The notes beneath the pieces were generated by a model. It had not been told where the DNA came from. It saw only the letters and a list, made by a program, of their open reading frames with translations, and did not search any database. The translations under genes were made by a program, and so were the position numbers. Below are positions 45,305-58,187 of a stretch of DNA of 64,000 nucleotides, one piece after another; positions within the stretch are counted from its first letter, which is position 1; every line of letters starts with the position of its first letter. The stretch spans positions 27,396-91,395 of IMG/VR virus record IMGVR_UViG_3300020180_000014; one strand, written 5' to 3'. The stretch is from a virus.

Positions 45305-45865
45305 ATGGCCGAATTTGTCGATTACATCAGCAACATGGGTCTCAACGACCCGAACCTCACCCCACACGACGGTCGCAACCAGCGCGTCGAGCCCGGCACC
45401 TACGACTGGGAGGTCACCAAGGCGATCTTCGATCAGTCGAAGAAGGGCAACCGCACGCTGCGTCTGACCGCGCAGGTGGCCACCGAGGACAGCCCGATGA
45501 AGGGTCGTTCGCTCGTGGGTACGTACGTGATCTCCGAGGATGACTTCGCGCGTCGTCGCATGAAGGCGATCGTCGAGGCAACCGGCGTGGAGATCGACGC
45601 AGCGGGCGGTCTCTCGAAGGACGCGTTCGTGGGCACGCGCTTCACGGCCGATGTCGTCGTCGACACGTTCGACGACATCGACTCGAAGACGGGCCAGCCG
45701 GTCACCAAGGACTTCACGAAGTGGATCGGCGAGCGTACCTACGAGGGTGCGGCACCGGTTGCTTCGACGAAGCCTGCGGCGGCTCCGGCGGCGGCTGGAA
45801 CGGCTCCGCGCCGTCCAGCTGCTCCGGCGCCCACCGGCAACGGTCGTCCGACCGCGCCCCGCTAG
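45305..45865 (+). CDS. DUF669-type single-stranded DNA-binding protein
   Basis: EPGTYDWEV...SKKGN..L; Ala/Pro-rich tail; operon context. Confidence 0.7.
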   Translation: MAEFVDYISNMGLNDPNLTPHDGRNQRVEPGTYDWEVTKAIFDQSKKGNRTLRLTAQVATEDSPMKGRSLVGTYVISEDDFARRRMKAIVEATGVEIDAAGGLSKDAFVGTRFTADVVVDTFDDIDSKTGQPVTKDFTKWIGERTYEGAAPVASTKPAAAPAAAGTAPRRPAAPAPTGNGRPTAPR

Positions 45866-46008
45866 TCGTGCAACGCCAGCAACGTGCTGGCGACTGCGGT
45901 TGTTTGCTAACAGTTGTCGCGCGCGACGCGACAACGCGGGCTAGCTGCTCGCACCGTGGTCCAACAGCGTCGACAGCAACAGTCCAACCAGACGGAGTTA
46001 CCGCACCC

Positions 46009-48428
<2,420 letters not shown>

Positions 48429-48435
<7 letters not shown>

Positions 48436-48866
48436 GCACACCGTGTACGGTTTGGCCGGGCGGCAAGGACCGTGACGGGTACGGAATCACGTCCCGTCGT
48501 GGGCAGTGGATGCGTGCACATCGCGCAGCCTGGTTCGACGTGCACGGCAAAATTCCGGAAGGTCTTCTGGTGCTGCACGAGTGTGACAATCCATCTTACA
48601 TCAACGTCGAACACCTCAAGCTCGGCACGCATCTCGACAACACACACGACGCGATCTCACGAGGACGTCGCGCCCGGTTTTCGGGTCGTCGTTTCGATTG
48701 CACAGGTGTTCGAGGCGAACGGCACCCACACTCGAAGGTCACGGACAAACAGCGCGGAGAGATTTTCACGCTGTACTACAGCAAGCGACTTTCACAGACC
48801 GAGATCGCCAAGCGGTACAACATCGGGCAGACCGGGATCTCGAAGATTCTTCGCACGTGGCACTAG
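48429..48866 (+). CDS. HNH homing endonuclease (possibly degenerate)
   Basis: AHRAAW...VLHECDNPSYINVEHLKLGTHLDN plus C-terminal HTH; Tyr where Cys is usual. Confidence 0.8.
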
Positions 48867-48930
48867 TTGACACGCCGCTGAGCTAGGCGGCGTGCCGGTT
48901 CCACAACTCGTCAGTAGGGAGACGAGCAAC

Positions 48931-50634
48931 ATGACAAAACGCCACCCACTTCTAGGGGCAGACTGCCCGATCGACGTCGACAAGCTCATCGAGTCGAAGC
49001 TGCTGATCCAAGCGAACAGCGGCGCTGGCAAGAGCTGGTCGATCCGTCGTATCGCCGAGCAGACCTACGGGAAGGCTCAGCAGATCATCATCGATCACGA
49101 CGGCGAGTACCACACACTGCGTGAACAGTACGACTACGTGCTCGCGGGCAAGAACGGCGACTGTCCCGCTGACATCAAGAGCGCTGCGCTACTAGCGCGG
49201 CGGCTCCTGGAATTGCGCGTCAGCGTGATCATCGACATCTACGAGCTGGGTACGCAGCGCGCCGAGTTCGTCAAGCGCTTCCTCGAAGCGCTCGTCAACG
49301 CGCCTCGCGACCTCTGGCACTCGGTGATCGTCATCCTCGACGAGGCGCACCTGTACTGCCCGGAGAAGGGCAGTGCAGTCAGCTCCGACGCAGTCAAGAA
49401 CCTCATGGCGCTCGGCCGCAAGCGCGGGTTCTGCGGCGTGCTGGCAACCCAGCGCATCGCCAAGCTCGACAAGGATGCCGCTGCCGAGTGCAACAACAAG
49501 TTGATCGGCCGGTCTGCGCTCGACGTCGACATGAAGCGCGCCGCTGACGAGCTTGGCTTCACGACGAAGGAGGATGTTCGCTCCCTGCGCACGCTCAAGG
49601 CTGGCGAGTTCTATGTGTTCGGTCCGGCCTTCACCGACACCGTTACGCAGATCCAAGTCGGCGCTGTGAAGACGACGCACCTTCGCGCTGGGCAACGCGC
49701 AGCCCCACCTGTTCCACCCAGTGCCGAGGTGAAGAAGATGCTCAGCAAGCTCGCTGATCTCCCGCACGAGGCTGCAGAAGAGGCTAGGACGATCGTCGAG
49801 CTGCAGCTGCAGGTGAAGCAACTGCGTGGCGCGCTCAAGAAAGCTGAGAGCGCGCAGCCTGCATCTGTCGAGAAAATCGTCGAGAAGCCTGCACTCAAGG
49901 ACAGCGATATCAAGCGTATCGACGCAATCGCCAGCAAAGCACTCGCGCTCAGCGAAAAGCTGGCACCGCACATTGAGTCGTTTGTGGCACATGCGGGAAG
50001 TCTCAAGGCACACGTACTGAGCCTGCAGACGTTCACGTTGAGTCAGAATCGTGCACCCAACGGCATGCGCCCGATCGATCCGCTGATCAAGGGCACGGCG
50101 CAGCAGCTGCGAGATCGTAATCGCGTGCGGCTCAAGCCTGCACCGCTGCGTGCACCGGTCGACAATGACAGCGAGCTACCCAAGGGTGAGGTCGCGACGT
50201 TGCGTGCGCTGATCCAGTTCCCCAAGGGTTTGCAACGCTCGCAGTTGACCGTCTTGACCGGCTACAAGCGGAGCACGCGGGACGCGTACATCGCACGCTT
50301 GCGCGAGAAGGGGCTTGTCGAGACCAACCTCGTGTACGTCGTCGCGACCGACGCCGGTCGCGCAGCGTTGCCGAACGCCGAGCCGTTGCCGACGGGCGAG
50401 GCGCTACAGGAGTTCTGGTACCGCGAGCTGCCCGAGGGCGAGTGTGCGATCTTGAAGTACCTCGTCGGTCAGTACCCGGACAACGTCGAGCGTGGGACGA
50501 TCGAAGAGGCCACGGGCTACAAGCGCTCGACACGTGACGCGTACATCTCGCGCTTGACCGCGAAGGAACTCGTGAGTGACACCGGGCGCGGGACGGTCAA
50601 GGCAAGCGAGACGCTGTTCGAGGTCGATGCGTGA
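48931..50634 (+). CDS. HerA/DUF87-like ATPase with coiled coil and tandem C-terminal winged helices
   Basis: QANSGAGKS, ILDEAH, GRKRG, ATQR; TGYKRSTRDAYI repeated twice. Confidence 0.8.
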   Translation: MTKRHPLLGADCPIDVDKLIESKLLIQANSGAGKSWSIRRIAEQTYGKAQQIIIDHDGEYHTLREQYDYVLAGKNGDCPADIKSAALLARRLLELRVSVIIDIYELGTQRAEFVKRFLEALVNAPRDLWHSVIVILDEAHLYCPEKGSAVSSDAVKNLMALGRKRGFCGVLATQRIAKLDKDAAAECNNKLIGRSALDVDMKRAADELGFTTKEDVRSLRTLKAGEFYVFGPAFTDTVTQIQVGAVKTTHLRAGQRAAPPVPPSAEVKKMLSKLADLPHEAAEEARTIVELQLQVKQLRGALKKAESAQPASVEKIVEKPALKDSDIKRIDAIASKALALSEKLAPHIESFVAHAGSLKAHVLSLQTFTLSQNRAPNGMRPIDPLIKGTAQQLRDRNRVRLKPAPLRAPVDNDSELPKGEVATLRALIQFPKGLQRSQLTVLTGYKRSTRDAYIARLREKGLVETNLVYVVATDAGRAALPNAEPLPTGEALQEFWYRELPEGECAILKYLVGQYPDNVERGTIEEATGYKRSTRDAYISRLTAKELVSDTGRGTVKASETLFEVDA

Positions 50635-53249
50635 CAGCTGTCGCTGAAGTCGCGCCCGCTGCGCCCGTCGAGGAAGTGTGGGAGCCGCCGCTGATCATCC
50701 GTGGCAAGACGGACGGTGCACAGTGCGCGATGTGTCCGTTCGCATCGAACGGCAAGCCACGCAATCCTGTCGTCGCTGAGGGTCCCGAGCGTCCGATCTG
50801 GATCGTCGTTGGTGAGGGTCCAGGCCACAACGAGGCGATCCAAGGTCGTCCGTTCGTCGGACAGACCGGACGCATGGTCAACGATGCGCTCGTGCGCATC
50901 AAGACGCGGCGTGAATCGGTCTGGATCACCAACGCGACCTTGTGCCAGCCACCGAGCGGTGCCACTGATACCCAGAAGAAGGACGCGCGCCGTTGCTGTG
51001 CGCCGCGTCTGCAGAAAGAGCTGTCCGAGTTCCCGGGCCGTCCGATCGCGGCGCTCGGTGCGATCGCAGCACAGGGCTTCTGCGGTGAGAAGTTCTCGAT
51101 CACGCAGATGGCAGGCGCGCTGCACAGCGTCGACTTCGACGGTACGGGTCCGCGCGACGTCATCCCGACCACACATCCCGCAGCGATTCTTCGCGGTGGT
51201 ACGGGTGGCGGTGGCGGTGCGCACACGAGCGACCTCGGCTTCTGGTCGCTGATGTACGACCTGCAGAAGGTCAACCTGCTCGCGCGCAACGTCGACATCC
51301 GATTCACCGACGACATCGAGTACGAGACGGCTGATCCCGTCCGTGCCGAGAAGCTCGTCGAGGAGATGGTCCGCGACATTCGGCGCAAGCGCGAGTTCGC
51401 GTGCGACACCGAAACGTACGTCGACGATCCGAAGCAGCACTCTGCCCTGCAGGCAGCGCACGCCAAGCTCAACGCGATCGGGCTCGCGACGGTCGACCGT
51501 GCCATCAGCGTCGCGTGGCAGATCCTGACGTCACGCGCGAAGCGTTTGATCGGCGCAGTGCTCTCCGACAGTGGTATCACGAAGTGGTTCCACAACGGCA
51601 TCTACGACGTCCCGGTGCTCAACCGACACGGGTTCGTCGTCGAGGGTCCACGCGAAGACACGCTGCTGATGCACCACAGCGCGTTCCCAGGCTTGCCGCA
51701 CGACCTGCAGCGCGTGACGACGCAGTTCCACGCGATCACACCGTGGAAGGCCGAGTACCGTCACGGGCAAGGCACGCTCGAAGATCTCCTGCCGTACAAC
51801 GCGCGCGACACCCTCGCGACGATGCGCGACGCAGCACCGCTGACCATCGCAATCAAGAGATCGAACTCGGAGAAGACGTACGAGGTCGACAAGGCGATGG
51901 CACGTGCCGCCGCGATCATGCACGTCAAAGGTGTGCCGATCGACCGCGAGGTTAACGAGCAGTTGCGCGTCGGCTTCAAGGCACACATCGACCGCACGCG
52001 TAGCGAGCTGAACGGCAAAGTCTTCGAGCCCGGCATCAACAACCGATTCCGCGAGCGGCTCGCACTTGAACAGGCACGTCGTCCACGCAAGCACGACTCT
52101 CTCGATCTCGACGAGCGCATCACCAAGCGCATGGCCGAGATGGACAACCCGAAGAAGCCGTTCAAGTTCATGTTGGACTCCGGCGATCACGTCGTCTCGT
52201 TCCTAAAGGCTTGCGGTGTCCCACTGTCGATCCAGACGGCCACCGGCAAGATCTCGACGAAGAAGGACATCCTAGAGAGCTTCGTGCACTACCCCGAGGT
52301 ACGCGCACTCCTGACCTATCGCGAGAACGCCAAGCTGCTGTCGACGTTCGTCGAGCGCATGTTCACGCGCCACTACGGCGAGAAAACAGTTTACGGCTTC
52401 GCAGACGACGACGACCGTGTGCACCCCCGCTGGAGTGTTCACAAGATCACCGGTCGCTGGGGTTCCGAAGCGCCGGGCTCGCAGAACTGGCCCAAGGCCG
52501 ACAAGAAGAAGGGTCGTCCGAACCTGCGCAGCCAGGTCATTGCGCGCCACGGTCGTGCACTTGTTGCATTCGACGCCAAGCAGCTCGAAGCGCGCATCAT
52601 CGCGCTGCTCTCGGCCGATCCGTTCCTCCTCGACATCTTCAACAGCGACAAGGACATTCACAGCGAGTTCGCCCGCATCGTGTGGCCAGACTTCGATACG
52701 CGCGCTGTCGACGAACGCAAAGTTCTTCGCGACATGATCAAGCGGCCCGAGTACGGCGCGTTCTACGGCGGTACTGTTGACACGCTGTGGAAGGCCGTCG
52801 TCCGCGACTACCCGAACGTCACGATCGGAATGATCGGCAAGATGGTCGCGACGATGAAAGTGAAGATGCCCGCCGTCACGGCATGGCACCAGCGCATGAT
52901 GCGTACCGCCGACGAAGTCGGCGAAGTTCGCAGCGCGATTCTTGGTCGTCGTCGCTGCTTCCCGCTCAAGCAGTTCGAGCTGTCCGAGGTCGTCAACTTC
53001 CCGGTCCAGTCGACCGGTGCCGACATCATCAACCTGGGCCTGATGGACGTCATGCCGCGCCTGCCCGCTGACGCGTTCCCGATCCTGCAGATCCACGACG
53101 CTGTCGTGTTCGAGTGCGACGAGGACGATCAGGAGCTGGTGAAGGAAATCGTCGTGAAGAGCTTCACGCGCGAGGTCACACACGAAGGCATCACGGTGAA
53201 TTTCCCCGTCGATGCGCGCAGCGGCAAATCTTGGGCAGAGGTGAACTGA
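50631..53249 (+). CDS. polA: family A DNA polymerase with N-terminal uracil-DNA-glycosylase-like domain
   Basis: UDG4 GEGPG..E...GRPFVG..G, HPAA; exonuclease DTET, HNGIYD, YNARD; pol motifs DAKQLEAR, KRPEYGAFYG, IHDAV. Confidence 0.92.
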   Translation: MTAVAEVAPAAPVEEVWEPPLIIRGKTDGAQCAMCPFASNGKPRNPVVAEGPERPIWIVVGEGPGHNEAIQGRPFVGQTGRMVNDALVRIKTRRESVWITNATLCQPPSGATDTQKKDARRCCAPRLQKELSEFPGRPIAALGAIAAQGFCGEKFSITQMAGALHSVDFDGTGPRDVIPTTHPAAILRGGTGGGGGAHTSDLGFWSLMYDLQKVNLLARNVDIRFTDDIEYETADPVRAEKLVEEMVRDIRRKREFACDTETYVDDPKQHSALQAAHAKLNAIGLATVDRAISVAWQILTSRAKRLIGAVLSDSGITKWFHNGIYDVPVLNRHGFVVEGPREDTLLMHHSAFPGLPHDLQRVTTQFHAITPWKAEYRHGQGTLEDLLPYNARDTLATMRDAAPLTIAIKRSNSEKTYEVDKAMARAAAIMHVKGVPIDREVNEQLRVGFKAHIDRTRSELNGKVFEPGINNRFRERLALEQARRPRKHDSLDLDERITKRMAEMDNPKKPFKFMLDSGDHVVSFLKACGVPLSIQTATGKISTKKDILESFVHYPEVRALLTYRENAKLLSTFVERMFTRHYGEKTVYGFADDDDRVHPRWSVHKITGRWGSEAPGSQNWPKADKKKGRPNLRSQVIARHGRALVAFDAKQLEARIIALLSADPFLLDIFNSDKDIHSEFARIVWPDFDTRAVDERKVLRDMIKRPEYGAFYGGTVDTLWKAVVRDYPNVTIGMIGKMVATMKVKMPAVTAWHQRMMRTADEVGEVRSAILGRRRCFPLKQFELSEVVNFPVQSTGADIINLGLMDVMPRLPADAFPILQIHDAVVFECDEDDQELVKEIVVKSFTREVTHEGITVNFPVDARSGKSWAEVN

Positions 53250-53812
53250 TGAAGACTGACGAAGAGGCACGCGCAGCGATCGAGAAGGCGCACCGTGACG
53301 AGGCTACGTTCGCTATCTACCTGCGCAGCTACAGCCTCAACGTCAAGGAAAAATCACACGGCTTCCGTAAATCAATCGATGACATCGATGCGTACATACA
53401 CGACATCGACTACGAAATCGAAGGATGTACGTGTCAGTACAAGCACCGAACCAAGTGGCTTTGCGCGTTCACGCACGGCAACAACCCGATCGTCGACGAG
53501 AAAGTGAAAGCAGACCGAACGCCGGTCGATTTCTACATCCTTCGGTTCGCTGACGGCATCATCGTTGCGCCGTACGAACCTGCGACGTGGGGAATCGAAA
53601 CGATCCGTGATCGCAAGGATCGCGCGACGAAAGACTTCTACACCGTAAATCCAGCGGACTGTTTTCCGTTGCAAATCTGGATCGAGTCGTTCCTGTCAGA
53701 ACCAACAGGTCTTTTTCTAGGGGAGCATCATGAGCAAGAGCAACATCGAAGAGCTATTCGAGGACCAGACAGGGGCGCTCGCGCGAGCGATCCCCGGCTA
53801 CGAACGGCGTGA
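53249..53812 (+). CDS. hypothetical protein, possible PD-(D/E)xK-type nuclease
   Basis: lower GC insert; IDDIDAY...YEIEG acidic motif; 3' end overlaps DinG. Confidence 0.45.
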   Translation: MKTDEEARAAIEKAHRDEATFAIYLRSYSLNVKEKSHGFRKSIDDIDAYIHDIDYEIEGCTCQYKHRTKWLCAFTHGNNPIVDEKVKADRTPVDFYILRFADGIIVAPYEPATWGIETIRDRKDRATKDFYTVNPADCFPLQIWIESFLSEPTGLFLGEHHEQEQHRRAIRGPDRGARASDPRLRTA

Positions 53813-55700
53813 AGGCCAGGTGCAGCTCGCGCGCGACATCTGGAACACCGCCAACAAGGGCGGCATCCTGCTTGCCGAGGGTCCGACAGGCATCGGCAAG
53901 TCGTTCGCGTACGCGATCCCGGCCATCATTCGCGCCGTCGCGACCGGAACACCGTCGCTGATCGTGACCGCGAACAAGGCGCTGCAGGATCAGCTCGCCG
54001 AGAAAGACCTGCCGTTGCTCGCCGAGATTCTCCAGGACACCGAAGCGAAGGGCTTCAAGTTCAAGCTGCTCAAGGGCCGTTCGAACTACATCTGCCAGCG
54101 TGAGCTGATGCTCCGCGACGCACGCAGCGTCAACTGGCCCTCCGGCAGCGAGAACGAAGGCGACGCACTTTCCGCGTGGGTGGCTGCGCCACCATGTTCT
54201 GGCGATCGCAACGACGCACCTGTGGTGAGCGACCAGACCTGGCGTGCGGTGTCGATCACAGGTGACGACTGTGACCACAGCGCGTGCGTGCACTACCAGA
54301 CGTGTTTCGCTGAGAACGCTGCTGAGGAGGCCGAGCAGGCGCACGTCGTGATCATCAACTACGACCTGTTCTACTCGAAGCTGCAGCACAGCAACGATCC
54401 GTTCTGGAGCAAGTTCGGCTTCGTCGTGTTCGACGAGGCGCACGAGGCCGCTGCGATCGCACGGCGGTGCTTCGGTACCGAGATCAGTGAGTGGGGCATT
54501 CGCCGTCTCGCAACGGCCGTGAGTGACAAGGTCGGCGACCGTGATCTCGCGAAGGCACTGCGCAACGTCGCCGCGCCCGTGTTCGAAAAGATCGCCGACT
54601 ACGCGCTGCAGTACCGCACCAACGGTCGCTTGAAAGACCCGGGCTTCGTCAATGTCGACGACCTCTGCGACACGCTCCGCGAAGTTGTCGCTGCGGCGGC
54701 GGGCGGCTGTGGCTCTTGTGTCGTCGACGAGATCTGCGCTGCGTGCAACAGCCGCAAGAAGATCCAGGAGCGGGCAACGGAGATGTCCGAGAACATCCGC
54801 GCGTTCGTCGATCAGGTCGATGACATGACCGCGTACTGGCTTGACAAGCCGATGGACACAGCGCGCGTCACAGGTGCGACGATCAAGCTGTGTGCGGCGC
54901 CGTACCACGTCGGTGACGTGCTCAAGAAGCTCGTATTCGAGCGGTATCCGTCGATCGTGTGTGTGTCGGCGACACTCGCAGCCGGTGGCAGCTTCGACTT
55001 CATTCGTGGCGAGCTGGGCCTGACCGATCCCGTGATGTCGGCGAAGACACAGGTCACGCGTGTCGCGAGCCCGTTCGACTTCGCCAAGCAGGCCAGGTTC
55101 GTCATCCCGCTCGGTATTCCGTTCCCGACCGGTGAGAACGAGGCCATCTTCGATGTGGCCGCGTCCAAGGCACTGATCCAGATCATCCAGGAGTGCAAGG
55201 GCCGCACGCTCGCGCTGTTCACGTCGTGGCGTCGGCTCAAGCACATTGCCGAGCAGATCCGCGATCACATCGACTACCCACTGCTCGTGCAGGGTGATGC
55301 GCCGAACAAGATGCTAGCGCAAATGTTCCGTGAGCAGACCGACAGCGTGCTGCTCGCGACGCGCAGCTTCTGGATGGGCCTCGATGTCTCGGGCGAGTCG
55401 CTGTCGTGCCTCGTGATCGACAAGCTGCCGTTCGAGAGCTTCGATGACCCGTTCATCGACATGATGAAGGAGAAGCACCCGGACACGTTCTACGAGGACT
55501 TCTACGTGCCGCGCGCGACGATCACGCTCGCGCAAGGTGCCGGGCGTCTCATCCGCAGTGTCACCGACCACGGCGTGTTCGTGCTACTTGACCAGCGCAT
55601 CAAGACCAAGCGCTACGGTCGGCAGTTTCTCGCGAGCTTGCCGTTCAAGGGCTACTCCCAAGATCTTGCCGACGCCGGTAAGTTTCTCGCAGATCGTTAA
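53730..55700 (+). CDS. dinG: DinG/YoaA-family helicase
   Basis: REGQ, EGPTGIGKSFAY, KGRSNYIC, DEAH, SATL, LFTS, KLPF, QGAGRLIRS. Confidence 0.9.
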   Translation: MSKSNIEELFEDQTGALARAIPGYERREGQVQLARDIWNTANKGGILLAEGPTGIGKSFAYAIPAIIRAVATGTPSLIVTANKALQDQLAEKDLPLLAEILQDTEAKGFKFKLLKGRSNYICQRELMLRDARSVNWPSGSENEGDALSAWVAAPPCSGDRNDAPVVSDQTWRAVSITGDDCDHSACVHYQTCFAENAAEEAEQAHVVIINYDLFYSKLQHSNDPFWSKFGFVVFDEAHEAAAIARRCFGTEISEWGIRRLATAVSDKVGDRDLAKALRNVAAPVFEKIADYALQYRTNGRLKDPGFVNVDDLCDTLREVVAAAAGGCGSCVVDEICAACNSRKKIQERATEMSENIRAFVDQVDDMTAYWLDKPMDTARVTGATIKLCAAPYHVGDVLKKLVFERYPSIVCVSATLAAGGSFDFIRGELGLTDPVMSAKTQVTRVASPFDFAKQARFVIPLGIPFPTGENEAIFDVAASKALIQIIQECKGRTLALFTSWRRLKHIAEQIRDHIDYPLLVQGDAPNKMLAQMFREQTDSVLLATRSFWMGLDVSGESLSCLVIDKLPFESFDDPFIDMMKEKHPDTFYEDFYVPRATITLAQGAGRLIRSVTDHGVFVLLDQRIKTKRYGRQFLASLPFKGYSQDLADAGKFLADR

Positions 55701-55708
55701 CCAGGAGA

Positions 55709-55933
55709 ATGCACATGGCGATGACCCCGACCAAGTATGAGTACACCCCGCCCGTCCAGATTGCCGGTGTGGCAAAGGACTTCACCACCAAGATCGAGGT
55801 CGCGCAGACCGCGGGAGGCTGGACCGCGACGCTGCACATCACGTCGAGTCCGCTCAGCACCGCAGGTGAGGTGCAGAGCAAGCTCGCGCAGCACCTGATC
55901 CGTCTCGCCGAGTCGCTGGGCAGTACCAAGTGA
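55709..55933 (+). CDS. small hypothetical protein
   Basis: AGGAG RBS. Confidence 0.6.
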   Translation: MHMAMTPTKYEYTPPVQIAGVAKDFTTKIEVAQTAGGWTATLHITSSPLSTAGEVQSKLAQHLIRLAESLGSTK

Positions 55934-56553
55934 GAGGCAAGTACGTCGTCTTCGAAGGCCCGGACGGTAGCGGCAAGACGACGCTCGCGAAGAAGTTCGC
56001 CGAGCTGCTTCGGTGCATCGAAGCAGACCATCGCGAGATGGCGTTCCCGAGCCGCGAGTCTGCTGTCGGATCGTTGATCCGCGATGTGTTCGAGGGCAAA
56101 GCCAACGTCAGCCCCACCGCCATGATGTGGCTGTTCGTTGCCGAGGGCAAAGACATGGAGCCGCAGATCTCACGTGCTGTCGGGGCTGGCAAATGGATCA
56201 TCTGCGATCGGCACACGATGGTCTCGGGCTACATCTACCAAGGTGAAGTCCATGGCCTCGAACGCGTAAGTCAGGTGACGGCGCCCGCGCACTTCACGGT
56301 GCCCGATCGCATCTATCTCGTCGACGTGCCCGCAGAGGTCGCGATGGAGCGTCGCAAGGCGCGCGGTGAAGCGCGCAACCTGCTCTACGAGCCGGAACAG
56401 CTCGATCGTCTCGATCGGATGTGCAAGGCCTACCGCGAGCTTCGTTCGCGTTTCGCAACCAGCGTGATCATCGACGGTACCAAGCCGTTCGAGCAGAACT
56501 TGCGCTGGATGTGGCAGGATCTCGGGCTTCCCGGCCAACCGCCTCTGCCATGA
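55930..56553 (+). CDS. tmk: thymidylate kinase
   Basis: FEGPDGSGKTT, ICDRH..S..IYQG, PD. Confidence 0.85.
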   Translation: MRGKYVVFEGPDGSGKTTLAKKFAELLRCIEADHREMAFPSRESAVGSLIRDVFEGKANVSPTAMMWLFVAEGKDMEPQISRAVGAGKWIICDRHTMVSGYIYQGEVHGLERVSQVTAPAHFTVPDRIYLVDVPAEVAMERRKARGEARNLLYEPEQLDRLDRMCKAYRELRSRFATSVIIDGTKPFEQNLRWMWQDLGLPGQPPLP

Positions 56554-56852
56554 CCACCAACTCCGACAACGTCAAACGCGCACACGAAGAACAACTCATG
56601 GCGGCATTTGCAGTGGTGCTCACACACCCTGCAGGCTTCGGCATCGAGTTATTCGCTGACCTTTGGATCGATCGTCTCGAAGATGGTCGATTCCGTGTGT
56701 CGCGCGAGAACGCTGCGGAGCACCCATACGCGCCGACGCCGCCCGAAGAGCTATTCGACGACGTTCGACAAGCTATCAACTACTACCTCGATCTGCGTGA
56801 TGAGCTGCAGCTCGGGACCGACTACGAAACGACCACGGATGCTAAAGCGTGA
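56550..56852 (+). CDS. hypothetical protein
   Basis: ATGA overlap. Confidence 0.55.
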   Translation: MTTNSDNVKRAHEEQLMAAFAVVLTHPAGFGIELFADLWIDRLEDGRFRVSRENAAEHPYAPTPPEELFDDVRQAINYYLDLRDELQLGTDYETTTDAKA

Positions 56853-56985
56853 GACCCAGAAACAGCTGTGGCGCGATCTGCTCGCGCGCAGTGCAGCACC
56901 CGATGAACGTCGGGCGTCGTTGCTTGCCGTACCGGCAGCACTGCTTCTGATCAGCCTCGCGCTCTACCTGCTCGCGCAGATCTAG
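56839..56985 (+). CDS. small membrane protein
   Basis: C-terminal hydrophobic LLAVPAALLLISLALYLLAQI. Confidence 0.4.
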   Translation: MLKRETQKQLWRDLLARSAAPDERRASLLAVPAALLLISLALYLLAQI

Positions 56986-56994
56986 GGGAGCTAC

Positions 56995-57909
56995 ATGCCA
57001 TCGACTGACATCGATACTGAGACCGCCAACAACCATGCACCGCAGACCGAGCTACCGGAGACTGAACCGTTGCTACCACCGCGCGCACACTGCACGCCAC
57101 CGATCAAGTGGGTCGGCGGCAAGCGCTGGCTGATTCCGACGATCGCACCATCGATCTACGAACGTCTTGGTGCAACACAGGGCCGCTACATCGAACCGTT
57201 CATGGGCTCAGCCGCTGTTGCGCTCGACCTTGGATTGCCCGGCATGGTTCTCAGCGACGTCTGCAAGCCACTCGTTGCGATGTACACGACGATCCGCAAA
57301 AGCGCGGAAGCCGTCGCGTGGGCGCTCAAGACACTCGTCGAGAAAGGCACCGACAAGGACCGCTACCTTGCGGTGCGTGCATCGGAGCCGACGAGCGTCG
57401 TGTTCGCAGCAGCGCGCTTCATCTACCTCAACAAGTTCGGCTTCAACGGACTCTACCGCGAGAACAGTAAGGGCAAGTTCAACGTCCCGCACGGCGGTGA
57501 TCGTTCGAGCGCGGGTATCCCCGGGCTCGACGCACTTCACGCAGTCGCGAAAGCGCTCAAGGACACTGAGATCCGCGTCGCGGACTTCCGACAGACGATC
57601 CTGCGCGCTACGGCAGGCGACGTGCTCTACGTCGACTCGCCGTACTACGAGACGTTCAGCGACTACACGGCCGGTGGTTTCACCGACGAAGATCACCTCG
57701 CGCTGTCGTTGGCACTCAAAGAAGCGCACGAGCGCGGTGCGGTGTTCATCGCATCGAACAGTGACCATGAGCGGGTTCGCGAGCTGTACACGTGGGCCAC
57801 CATCGTGCCGGTGTCCGAGCGTCATGCGGTCGGCGCGACCGCAGAGCGGCGTGGTATGAAGGCAGCCGTGCTGATTCTGTCCGACGACACGATCCTGCGA
57901 GGAGCTTGA
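56995..57909 (+). CDS. dam: Dam-family (D12 class) N6-adenine DNA methyltransferase
   Basis: KWVGGK, YIEPFMGSAAV, FIYLNKFGFNGLYREN..GKFNVP, YVDSPY. Confidence 0.85.
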   Translation: MPSTDIDTETANNHAPQTELPETEPLLPPRAHCTPPIKWVGGKRWLIPTIAPSIYERLGATQGRYIEPFMGSAAVALDLGLPGMVLSDVCKPLVAMYTTIRKSAEAVAWALKTLVEKGTDKDRYLAVRASEPTSVVFAAARFIYLNKFGFNGLYRENSKGKFNVPHGGDRSSAGIPGLDALHAVAKALKDTEIRVADFRQTILRATAGDVLYVDSPYYETFSDYTAGGFTDEDHLALSLALKEAHERGAVFIASNSDHERVRELYTWATIVPVSERHAVGATAERRGMKAAVLILSDDTILRGA

Positions 57910-57911
57910 GC

Positions 57912-58187
57912 ATGAGCCGCAACAAGAAGTTGTTCACGTACACCCCCGATCACGTGTTCGACGACGGTGTCGCACTCAAGACGGTGCGTGACGCGATCAT
58001 TGCTGCGGGCGCAACCGGCATGTGGCACATCGGGTGGGACATGGCGAAGCGTTACAACCTGCAGGAGGCAATCTGCATGAAGTGCGCGAACCCGATCCAC
58101 GCAGCGCAGGGCACGTACCTGATGCGCAGCGGGATCGCGATGCGGTTCTGCAAGCGTTGCCCTTCCGAAATCCCGCGCAATCACTGA
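57912..58187 (+). CDS. hypothetical zinc-finger protein
   Basis: CMKC...CKRC. Confidence 0.55.
   Translation: MSRNKKLFTYTPDHVFDDGVALKTVRDAIIAAGATGMWHIGWDMAKRYNLQEAICMKCANPIHAAQGTYLMRSGIAMRFCKRCPSEIPRNH

Noticed and set aside
45866-46008. cobalamin riboswitch upstream of nrdJ
   Set aside because: Three hairpins are present but I see no B12-box or conserved GGGAA/GCCACUG elements; may be a terminator or leader
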